Assembly: GCA_964632315.1 (NCBI GenBank)
Contig: CAZWEM010000075.1
Location: forward strand, 1-13,610
Direction of reading: 5' to 3'
Source of the DNA: an uncultured archaeon
GTDB lineage: Archaea > Asgardarchaeota > Lokiarchaeia > Sigyniarchaeales > SOKP01
Length of the DNA stretch: 13,610 nt
Part shown: positions 6,289 through 13,610 of the stretch, in pieces
How positions within the stretch are numbered: position 1 is the stretch's first letter
How the letters are laid out: every line of letters begins with the position of its first letter
Notes under the pieces: model-generated
What the model saw: only the letters and a program-made list of their open reading frames with translations
Databases searched by the model: none
Told to the model about the DNA's origin: nothing
Position numbers and translations under genes: made by a program

Positions 6289-7578
6289 ATGGACTCAATC
6301 GACAATTTAAAGAAATTGTTTTTGAAAGAGAATTGGAGATATTTAATTTTAGTAGTATGGCTTCTTGTCGGAGTAGGTCTTGTACAATTTGAGTATACCA
6401 GATTAGTTGGCTTGATTTCGTTTTTACCATTTTTAACTTTCTTGTTGTACTTATTTTTATTTTCCTTATTTGCAAAGAAAGACATACAAGAAGTAAAACC
6501 ATGGAAAGTGTTATTGATTTTCTTTTTGTCACTTCCATTAATGGTACTAATTGCATTCTTTTTAATAATTCTATTTGCATTTTCAATTTTGTCATATTTC
6601 TTTCTCACTTCATGGTTCATATTATACGGAGCATTTTTATCAAGCAGACGATTAGATCGCGGTTTAAGGGAAAAGAGGAAGTCTAATTTTCTAAGATCGC
6701 TTGAATTTTTTGGAGGTTTGGGAATAGCGGTTCTATTGTCAATAGCTTATATTCTAAATTCACAAGAAATAGGAGCTTTTTTAGGAGAAAGTATAGCTAG
6801 CGTAATTTATCTTTCCAATTATGTTGTGATATTTGTTTTGATCGTGATTGGTCTTTTCACAGCATTCGTGATCATTTTCCTTTTCAAGAAAGTATTTGTT
6901 GCTTGGCTTGGACCTTGGTTTATCCTGTTGATAATTTATACATTTTATTTGCTTATAAAGATCTTTTTAGCTTTCAGAAATGCTACAACAGGAGCAGAAA
7001 CGTCCTCCTTATTTACGCAGATAATTTTGCTTTTAGCAGATTTCGGAATTCTTTTATATACAATATCCACATTAATGGGTTCTCAAGCAGAAATGCTCAT
7101 GAAACGCTTAAATAGGAAACGAATTGGGCTAGATACGATTGTGTTATGGTTAGTATTCTCAAAAGTAGCTTATGAATTCACTCATTACTTCCCTTTTAGT
7201 GATTTAGGTTTATTAATAAATTGGTTTCCAAATATCGCCGGTTTATCATGGATTAATGCAGATTGGGTAAATTTTGCTAAAAATATGGCAGTCTTAGCCT
7301 TTTTCTTGCTATCATTATTAATAGTAGGATTCTATCAATTTATGAAGTATTATAAGAGTCAGAAAAAATCTGGAGAATTTGAAGTAGATATTAGTCCAAA
7401 GAAATTCATCGATAAACTTACAGAAGTGGAAGAAAAGGTATTAGATTTTGGAGAAAAAGAAGAAGATCTGCCTAAAGAGGGATTTAATTATATCCGGCCA
7501 CAATACGAGGACACTCCCAACAAAAAAACCGAACCAACTGACGAAAATAATGAAAATATTGGAAGTAATGAATCTTAA
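6289..7578 (+). CDS. Polytopic membrane protein (about 10 TM) with acidic disordered C-terminal tail
   Basis: 429 aa with many hydrophobic helices up to about residue 350, then an E/D/K/N-rich tail. No transporter signature recognised. Confidence 0.8.
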   Translation: MDSIDNLKKLFLKENWRYLILVVWLLVGVGLVQFEYTRLVGLISFLPFLTFLLYLFLFSLFAKKDIQEVKPWKVLLIFFLSLPLMVLIAFFLIILFAFSILSYFFLTSWFILYGAFLSSRRLDRGLREKRKSNFLRSLEFFGGLGIAVLLSIAYILNSQEIGAFLGESIASVIYLSNYVVIFVLIVIGLFTAFVIIFLFKKVFVAWLGPWFILLIIYTFYLLIKIFLAFRNATTGAETSSLFTQIILLLADFGILLYTISTLMGSQAEMLMKRLNRKRIGLDTIVLWLVFSKVAYEFTHYFPFSDLGLLINWFPNIAGLSWINADWVNFAKNMAVLAFFLLSLLIVGFYQFMKYYKSQKKSGEFEVDISPKKFIDKLTEVEEKVLDFGEKEEDLPKEGFNYIRPQYEDTPNKKTEPTDENNENIGSNES

Positions 7579-7579
7579 T

Positions 7580-7603
7580 AACTAATTTAGTTCCTTTTTT
7601 TTT
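7580..7603 (+). terminator. Terminator candidate: AACTAA-T-TTAGTT dyad followed by T9
   Basis: Dyad at 7580-7592 and T9 at 7595-7603 immediately after the stop at 7578. Confidence 0.45.
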
Positions 7604-7703
7604 AATAAAATCATTAATTCTTGAGAGATTAATAGTTTAATAATTAGTTTTATTAATCAAGCTGTTAGATAAAACCATACCTTTTTGTAATAAGGTAGTC
7701 TCG

Positions 7704-8234
7704 ATGGATGAATGTGAAAATCTAATAGATAAGGAATTATTCCTTGATAAGTTTGAAAAATTGTCGCTTAAAGTTGATCAACTAACTGAAGAAATCTCAA
7801 AAATGAAATTTAAATTAGATAAATCGAATAAAATCAATAGATCTTTCGGTTTGGAGGCTATTAGAAATTCTGAACCCCTTACTTTCACCAGTGAGATAAA
7901 TGGAATCGGGAGCCCATCGAAAAGGTATATCTTATCCATAAGGGCAGTTTCTGAAGTATGGAAAGGAAGAAAAAATGACGTTTTACTTACTATCCGGCAA
8001 CAAGAAAAAGAAACTCACATGGATCTAAAAGCATTAGGCATTCGAATTCCCATTTATGATACAAAAAACCTTCAAGTTCTTGCTAAAGAAATACTTTCTT
8101 TATTATATATTTCTTGTGGATTAAACGGACTTGAAATTAATGATATTTTAAGACAGACTCTAACTGAAATAAATAGTAAGAGTTATGAGATGCTTCAAGA
8201 AATAAAAACCAAGATGAAATTACCCTCTTATTAA
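7704..8234 (+). CDS. Hypothetical protein: N-terminal coiled coil plus putative PC4-like ssDNA-binding domain
   Basis: 176 aa ORF with AAGGT 8-12 nt upstream. Heptads at residues 17-38. Residues 74-130 match the PC4 pattern by eye (see findings). The CDS is well supported and the fold call is tentative. Confidence 0.7.
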   Translation: MDECENLIDKELFLDKFEKLSLKVDQLTEEISKMKFKLDKSNKINRSFGLEAIRNSEPLTFTSEINGIGSPSKRYILSIRAVSEVWKGRKNDVLLTIRQQEKETHMDLKALGIRIPIYDTKNLQVLAKEILSLLYISCGLNGLEINDILRQTLTEINSKSYEMLQEIKTKMKLPSY

Positions 8235-8244
8235 TATCAAGAAA

Positions 8245-8268
8245 TTCGTGAAACAGAACTTTCACGAA
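8245..8268. repeat. Perfect 9-bp inverted repeat TTCGTGAAA-N6-TTTCACGAA (hairpin or operator)
   Basis: Arms at 8245-8253 and 8260-8268 with spacer CAGAAC, 10 nt after the stop at 8234. Confidence 0.7.
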
Positions 8269-8425
8269 AATTGTTTAAAAAAGCATCTTAAGCATCTAAA
8301 TAATTAGCTGATATTGTAAAATTCAATTTAAATTTCATCGATTCAAGATAAACATCAACATTTGATCACAAGAAAGTCTAAATATATTCACTTCATATAA
8401 ATTGCTTAATGAAAGATTAGGATTG

Positions 8426-9223
8426 ATGAATATGGATTATGAAGATATTATTTTTGAGAAAAATGAAGGCATTGCTCGGATAACTATCAATAGACCCCAA
8501 CGCTATAATGCTTGTACTCAACATACTGTATATGAATTGATTGATGCTTTTAATAGATGCATGGATCCTGAAATTGGAGTTGTAGTATTTACCGGTCAAG
8601 GTGAAAAAGCTTTTTGTACGGGAGGGGATCAAACTACACGTGAAAAAGGGGGATACAAGGGAGGTTTTATGCTTCCATTAGAAGTTGGGTGGCAGACAGT
8701 CACACACTTGATACGCACCCTACCCAAGCCAGTGATCGCTCGCGTGAATGGCTATGCAATTGGAGGAGGGCATGTATGGCATGTAGCTTGCGATCTAAGC
8801 ATTGCGGCAGAGCATGCTCAGTTAGGTCAAGCAGGACCGAGAGTTGGTTCTTTTGATCCTGGATATGGTACTGGAGATTTAATGCGGGCTGTAGGTATAA
8901 AACGAGCAAAAGAAATTTGGTTTCTTTGTCGTCGATATGATGCCCAAGAGGCACTAATGATTGGTCTTGTTAATTCAGTTGTACCTTATGAGAAATTAGA
9001 TGAAGAAGTGAATGCTTTTTGTCAAGAAATATTAGAAAAAAGCCCAACTGCCTTGAAGATGTTAAAATATGCATTTTTAGCAGAAAGTGATGGAACCACA
9101 GGTATAACTCAATTAGGAGTAGGGGGACTTTCGCTTTATTACGGTACTGACGAAGCTGTAGAGGGGAAAAACGCATTTTTAGAAAAAAGGAAACCAGATT
9201 TTAAGCAATATCGAAAGAAGTGA
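8426..9223 (+). CDS. Crotonase-superfamily enzyme of the MenB (1,4-dihydroxy-2-naphthoyl-CoA synthase)/BadI (2-ketocyclohexanecarboxyl-CoA hydrolase) clade
   Basis: Motifs ITINRP..YNA, AFCTGGDQ, PKPVIARVNGYAIGGGHV, GQAGPRVGSFDPGYG, AKEIWFLCRRY, LYYGTDEAVEGKNAFLEKRKPDF. Start is ATG 8426 or 8432, with TATAAA at 8396-8401. Symbol withheld because MenB versus BadI is unresolved. Confidence 0.9.
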   Translation: MNMDYEDIIFEKNEGIARITINRPQRYNACTQHTVYELIDAFNRCMDPEIGVVVFTGQGEKAFCTGGDQTTREKGGYKGGFMLPLEVGWQTVTHLIRTLPKPVIARVNGYAIGGGHVWHVACDLSIAAEHAQLGQAGPRVGSFDPGYGTGDLMRAVGIKRAKEIWFLCRRYDAQEALMIGLVNSVVPYEKLDEEVNAFCQEILEKSPTALKMLKYAFLAESDGTTGITQLGVGGLSLYYGTDEAVEGKNAFLEKRKPDFKQYRKK

Positions 9224-9230
9224 TACGAAT

Positions 9231-10085
9231 ATGGAAATTAAAAGAGTTTGTATTATTGGTGCTGGTATAATGGGTTCTGGAATCGCCCAACTTGTTTCGA
9301 CCCATGGATATGCTGTAAATCTAGTTGATTTAAGTGATGATATTCTAAAAAATGCTAAAAATTCGATTGAAAAAAATCTGGAAAGGCATTATGTAGCTCG
9401 AGATAAAATGACAAAAGACCAAGCGGGTTTAATATTAAATTCTATCCATACAATGATAGAAATAGAAGAAGCGATTAAAGATGTAGATCTTATCATAGAA
9501 GCTGTTTTTGAAGATATGGAACTTAAAACCAATTTGATGGCTAAATTAGATTCCTTATGTGAAAAAAATATAATTTTAGCTTCCAATACTTCATCCTTAA
9601 GTATTTCTGATATGGCTTCTCAATCAAAGAATCAAGAAAGAATAGTTGGAATCCATTTTTTCAATCCAGCACCTGTAATGAAATTAATTGAATTGATTAA
9701 GGGAAAAAACACATCTGATGAAACTTTGCAAATTGCAAAAGACTTCTCCAAAAAATTAGATAAAAGGGTTGTAATTGTGAAAGATTCTCCTGGATTCGTC
9801 ACTTCAAGACTCATTTATACTATGTGTAATGAAGCGATTAAAATGAAGGAAGAGGGGTTAGCTAGTACGGAAGATATTGATGTAGCATGTAAAATGGCAT
9901 TCAACTTTCCAATGGGTCCCTTGGAATTAAGTGATCTAGTAGGTTTGGATGTCTATCAGCATATCGGTGAGTATTTAGCTATGGAATTTGGAAAAAAGTA
10001 TAAACCCAGTCCTTTAATTGACAAAATGGTTGAAAGGAATTATTTGGGTAGAAAAACAAATAAGGGTTTTTATGAATATAATTGA
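9231..10085 (+). CDS. hbd: 3-hydroxyacyl-CoA (3-hydroxybutyryl-CoA) dehydrogenase
   Basis: GAGIMGSGIAQ Rossmann motif, IEAVFED, ASNTSSLSI, catalytic GIHFFNPAPVMKLIE, DSPGFVTSR, PMGPLELSDLVGLD, LGRKTNKGFYEY. Lies 7 nt downstream of the crotonase gene (operon). Confidence 0.93.
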   Translation: MEIKRVCIIGAGIMGSGIAQLVSTHGYAVNLVDLSDDILKNAKNSIEKNLERHYVARDKMTKDQAGLILNSIHTMIEIEEAIKDVDLIIEAVFEDMELKTNLMAKLDSLCEKNIILASNTSSLSISDMASQSKNQERIVGIHFFNPAPVMKLIELIKGKNTSDETLQIAKDFSKKLDKRVVIVKDSPGFVTSRLIYTMCNEAIKMKEEGLASTEDIDVACKMAFNFPMGPLELSDLVGLDVYQHIGEYLAMEFGKKYKPSPLIDKMVERNYLGRKTNKGFYEYN

Positions 10086-10180
10086 ATTCCACTTATTCTC
10101 ATTATTTTTATTATAATTTATTGAGTTATTAAATCGATAAAAAAATCATTAATTTTAATAATCCTTGTGTTGCACCTTGA

Positions 10181-10196
10181 TTATATATTTTATAAA
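10181..10196 (+). promoter_or_regulatory. Putative TATA box region (TTATATATTTTATAAA) for the GH116 gene
   Basis: TATA-like words 20-35 nt upstream of ATG 10216 and no clear SD, consistent with a leaderless or short-leader archaeal transcript. Confidence 0.4.
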
Positions 10197-10215
10197 AAGT
10201 AGCGACTGATTAGAA

Positions 10216-12798
10216 ATGGAAAGTAGTGCCTTAGATGATTTATTAGGAATAGGACCACAAAGAATCTATAAGGATAAATATTTGAATGAGATATCATTTC
10301 CTTTAGGTGGAATTGGAACCGGTTCTATAGGGCTAGCGGGTAATGGCTCATTGAAAGATTTTGAGATCTTTAATAGGCCTCATTTAGGAAGCTGGTTTCC
10401 TAAAACCTTCGGGATCATAAGAGTTAAAGAACAAAATAAAAATCCAGTGTGTCGAATTTTAGAGGGTCCAAAAATAGGTCCTTACACACCAAGAGATGGG
10501 GGAGCATATCATTGTAATGGTGAAGGATTTCCCCACATGGATAGCTGTGAATTTAGCGGAGAATTTCCTTTTGCAAGGATCAAATTTAAGTCGAAAGCAA
10601 TCCCTTTAGATGTAGAGCTTGAAGCATACAATCCTTTTATCCCATCTGATGAAGCTTCTTCGAGTTATCCCGTTGCAATTTTACGTTATCATGTGAAAAA
10701 TATATCAAATAATAGCGTTGCTGTAAGTATTATTAGGTCAATGCTAAACCTCGTTGGTTTCAGGTTAGGAAAAAATGAAAATATGATCTTTAATGCTACC
10801 GATACTATTCAAGGCAAGTTTTTAAATGAATTTCGCGAGGAAGAGAATATTAAAGGAATTTTTTTTACTCGTAAAGAACAAAACAGAGAGAGCCCAGATT
10901 TTGGAAGTCTTGCTTTAACTACCTCCAATGAAAATTATAATTATACTCCATATTGGCCAAAATCATATTGGTATGCTGCAATAGAAGAGATTTGGAATTC
11001 AGTTAAAGATTCAAACTCATTACCTTTTAGAAAGAGGGACGTATCTAATAAAGCAGAAGCTGGGGCTTTACTCATTTCAGAAAACCTTGCACCAGGGGAA
11101 TCTAAAATTTTTAGCTTTTATATCACTTGGTATTTTCCTAATTTTGAGAAATATTGGAGAAATATGCAATTTAACCGTACAGACGGCAAAAAAATAACGT
11201 GGAAAAATTATTATGCTTCGCAATTTGATGATGCATTTGATGTTGCGGTAAATTTTGTGAATAATGAAGATCAATTGTATATCCTAACAAAAAAGTTTCA
11301 TCAAGCTCTTTTTTCAAGTACGCTTCCGCCTTTTATAATTGATGCAATATCTAGTGGTATGTCTATTTTAAAAACTGCTACTTGTATTAGATTGACCAGT
11401 GGTGAATTTTATGGATGGGAAGGTACCTCAATTAACCATGGTTGGTGTGAAGGAACTTGTAATCATGTATGGAATTATCAACAAGCGCTCTCTTTCCTTT
11501 TTCCAAATCTGCAAAGAACAATTCATGATTTAAATTTTGCTCATAATTTTATTAATGAAGATACTGGAGCCATGAGATTTCGTTTGCAATGGCCACCAGA
11601 GACTTCAGAATATAATCAAAGCTTTGATGCAATGATCTCCCGTGCTGTTGATGGTCAATTTGGAATGATTATAAATTTTTATCGTGAATGGAAAATCAGT
11701 GGAGATAACCAATGGCTAGAAAAACATTGGAAGAATATAAAAAGATCCCTCGAATATGCATTCGAATATTGGGATAAAGATAAATCTGGTGTTTTAAATG
11801 GATTTCAGGCGAATACGTTCGATATTGAATTTTTTGGTCCAAATCCACTCTCGATGTGTTATTACTTAGGCGCTTTAAAATCAGCTTCAATAATGGCTGA
11901 ATTCTTAGGTGATAAACTGAAATCTATAGAATATGAAAGGATTTTCGAAAAGGGTAAGCAATGGATTGAGGAGAATTTATTTAATGGAGAATATTACATT
12001 CAAAAATATGAATCTAAAAGGGCTAAACGTAATCAAATGGGTATAGATTGCCTCACAGATCAATTACTTGGGCTTCAACTCTCTCGTATTGCTGGATTGA
12101 ATAACTTTTTAAAAGCAAATCATATAAAACAAACCTTAAAATCAATTTTTAAATATAATTTCAGAGAAAATATGATTGAGCACGTAAATAATGCGAGACT
12201 ATATGCAGTTAATGATGAATCAGGTATTCTTGTATGCACCTGGCCCAATGGGAGTAAGCCGAATATACCATTGCCCTATGCTACCGAAGTATGGATTGGA
12301 TCTGAATATCAATTTGCGGTTCATTGCATAATGGAGGATTTAGTAAAAGAGGGCTTAAAAGTTGTAAAATGTACAAGATCTAGATATGACGGATGTCATC
12401 GTAATCCATGGGATGAATTTGAGTGCGGTCACCACTATGCAAGAGCAATGGCTTCATATGGATTACTTATTGCCCTTTCTGGATTTAAATATGATAAATG
12501 TCAAGGGAAACTTAGCTTTTCACCAAAAATTCATCAAGATAATTTTAAATGTTTTTGGGCATTAGATGGGGTTTGGGGAACTTATCTCCAAAATGAAAAA
12601 GCCGCAAAAATCGAAATTTTGTATGGAAAAATAAATTTAAAAGAATTAAAACTTCAGATCCTTGAGGATTTAAGCTTCGTGATTATTGAATTGAATGATT
12701 TAAAGACAAAAATTGAAGTTAGAAATCAGTTGATTACTTTTCCAAAGCAAATTGAGTTAGCAGAGGGTAAAAATTTGGAGATCCCAATAATCAGATAA
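10216..12798 (+). CDS. Glycoside hydrolase family 116 (non-lysosomal glucosylceramidase GBA2-like beta-glycosidase)
   Basis: 860 aa. N-terminal FPLGGIGTGSIGL..G.L.DFEIFN, GEFPFA and AYNPFIP motifs. Catalytic-domain motifs FYGWEG, CEGTCNHVWNY, DGQFG, NTFDIEFFG, TEVWIGSEY, RYDG..RNPWDEFECGHHYARAMASY. Confidence 0.92.
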   Translation: MESSALDDLLGIGPQRIYKDKYLNEISFPLGGIGTGSIGLAGNGSLKDFEIFNRPHLGSWFPKTFGIIRVKEQNKNPVCRILEGPKIGPYTPRDGGAYHCNGEGFPHMDSCEFSGEFPFARIKFKSKAIPLDVELEAYNPFIPSDEASSSYPVAILRYHVKNISNNSVAVSIIRSMLNLVGFRLGKNENMIFNATDTIQGKFLNEFREEENIKGIFFTRKEQNRESPDFGSLALTTSNENYNYTPYWPKSYWYAAIEEIWNSVKDSNSLPFRKRDVSNKAEAGALLISENLAPGESKIFSFYITWYFPNFEKYWRNMQFNRTDGKKITWKNYYASQFDDAFDVAVNFVNNEDQLYILTKKFHQALFSSTLPPFIIDAISSGMSILKTATCIRLTSGEFYGWEGTSINHGWCEGTCNHVWNYQQALSFLFPNLQRTIHDLNFAHNFINEDTGAMRFRLQWPPETSEYNQSFDAMISRAVDGQFGMIINFYREWKISGDNQWLEKHWKNIKRSLEYAFEYWDKDKSGVLNGFQANTFDIEFFGPNPLSMCYYLGALKSASIMAEFLGDKLKSIEYERIFEKGKQWIEENLFNGEYYIQKYESKRAKRNQMGIDCLTDQLLGLQLSRIAGLNNFLKANHIKQTLKSIFKYNFRENMIEHVNNARLYAVNDESGILVCTWPNGSKPNIPLPYATEVWIGSEYQFAVHCIMEDLVKEGLKVVKCTRSRYDGCHRNPWDEFECGHHYARAMASYGLLIALSGFKYDKCQGKLSFSPKIHQDNFKCFWALDGVWGTYLQNEKAAKIEILYGKINLKELKLQILEDLSFVIIELNDLKTKIEVRNQLITFPKQIELAEGKNLEIPIIR

Positions 12799-12877
12799 GT
12801 TATGATTTTTAATGAGATGGTTTAAATATCTATTTCTTCTTAGTTTATTAATAAAATCTAAATTTAAAGGATAAATT

Positions 12878-13585
12878 ATGCCATCAGATAATTTAGAACA
12901 ACAAGCTAAAGAGGAAAAGAAAGAAGGTGAAGTGATTTATCTTAGAAGTTATTCTAAAGTCATCTTTTTGTTTCCCTTGTTTTTAACCACAATTATTTTA
13001 TGGTTCATCCAATATTTCTTCGGCGCTTCTGGAGCACCAGTGCCTTGGTTAGGGTTTGTGTGGACAGTAGTACTTTTTGTAAACCTAATAACAATGGCAT
13101 TTGATATGTCTTCAACCAAATTCTTTATACTTATCTTAATAATTGCTGTGCTCATTGTTCTTTCAATTTTTTTAAGCCTTCCAGCAATAATAAATACGTT
13201 TTTTCAAAATGTAGCTGTTGTAGAATTTAACATCGGAATGAATGTGGATTTTTATTTTGTCATGACAATTGTGATAGGAATACTTTTATTAATTGCTTTA
13301 ATAGCACCTAGATTTAACTACTGGAAGTTAGAGCGTAATGAACTATATCATCGAAAAGGAATTTTTGTTGAAGCGGATCGTTATCCTACTAAGGGCTTAA
13401 GGTTTAAAAAGAAGATTCCTGACGTGTTGGAATTTTTCTTTTTAGGAGCAGGTTCTCTTACACTTCTACTAGGAACCGATGAGACAGAGCATTTGAGTAC
13501 CATACTACGAATTGACAACAAAGCTAGACGAATAGATTCTCTCTTAAGCGAGATAGAGGTTGAAATTGAACCAGATAAACCATAA
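12878..13585 (+). CDS. Membrane protein (about 4 TM) with C-terminal bacterial PH-like (bPH_2-like) domain
   Basis: 235 aa. Four hydrophobic segments, then YWKLERNELYHRKGIF...IPDVLEFFFLGAGSLTL, which resembles the bPH_2 pattern (Y.l...rl..r.Gif...lfG.G.l.i). AAGGA lies upstream of the ATG. Confidence 0.7.
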   Translation: MPSDNLEQQAKEEKKEGEVIYLRSYSKVIFLFPLFLTTIILWFIQYFFGASGAPVPWLGFVWTVVLFVNLITMAFDMSSTKFFILILIIAVLIVLSIFLSLPAIINTFFQNVAVVEFNIGMNVDFYFVMTIVIGILLLIALIAPRFNYWKLERNELYHRKGIFVEADRYPTKGLRFKKKIPDVLEFFFLGAGSLTLLLGTDETEHLSTILRIDNKARRIDSLLSEIEVEIEPDKP

Positions 13586-13610
13586 ATACAATAATTCTAA
13601 CAATATTTTT

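Noticed and set aside
6267-7115. Short overlapping ORFs (6267-6620, 6287-6595, 6501-6686, 6903-7115)
   Set aside because: Shadows of the T-rich membrane-protein gene, with no independent signals.
9221-9233. TGA readthrough (selenocysteine) or fusion between the crotonase and hbd
   Set aside because: The gap is 7 nt, so the genes are out of frame. Both proteins are full length, and I saw no internal in-frame TGA or SECIS-like hairpin.
7607-10154. 13-bp repeat AAAATCATTAATT at 7607-7619 and 10142-10154
   Set aside because: Almost all A/T. A rough estimate gives about one such match by chance in the intergenic DNA, and a 12-bp copy also occurs inside a CDS at 5731.
8417-13155. Minus-strand short ORFs within the crotonase, hbd, GH116 and last genes
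   Set aside because: Antisense shadows of strongly supported genes.
1-13610. CRISPR array, tRNA/rRNA, IS element or prophage
   Set aside because: No regularly spaced repeats, GC-rich structured RNA segments, or transposase/integrase/phage motifs. All intergenic gaps are under about 250 nt and AT-rich.

Overview
AT-rich (roughly 30% GC by eye), gene-dense prokaryotic window with 14 credible CDSs. I saw no rRNA, tRNA, CRISPR array or mobile element. TATA-like boxes about 20-35 nt upstream of start codons, oligo-T terminators and a C-terminal PIP-box point to an archaeon. Several hypothetical proteins resemble families I recall from Asgard (Lokiarchaeia) genomes, which is an inference. Left arm: PaaI/HotDog thioesterase, saccharopine-dehydrogenase-like oxidoreductase and small hypotheticals. 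Middle: a block of uncharacterised genes (long coiled-coil protein, DUF72 protein ending in a PIP-box, two divergent polytopic membrane proteins, a protein with a PC4-like ssDNA-binding signature). Right arm: MenB/BadI-like crotonase plus 3-hydroxyacyl-CoA dehydrogenase, a GH116 (GBA2-like) glycosidase and a membrane protein with a bacterial-PH-like domain. The best leads are the PCNA-binding motif on DUF72, the PC4-like protein, the possible DNA-handling block at 3657-8234, the small Arg-rich gene with an ambiguous 5' end, and the MenB/BadI-intermediate enzyme.
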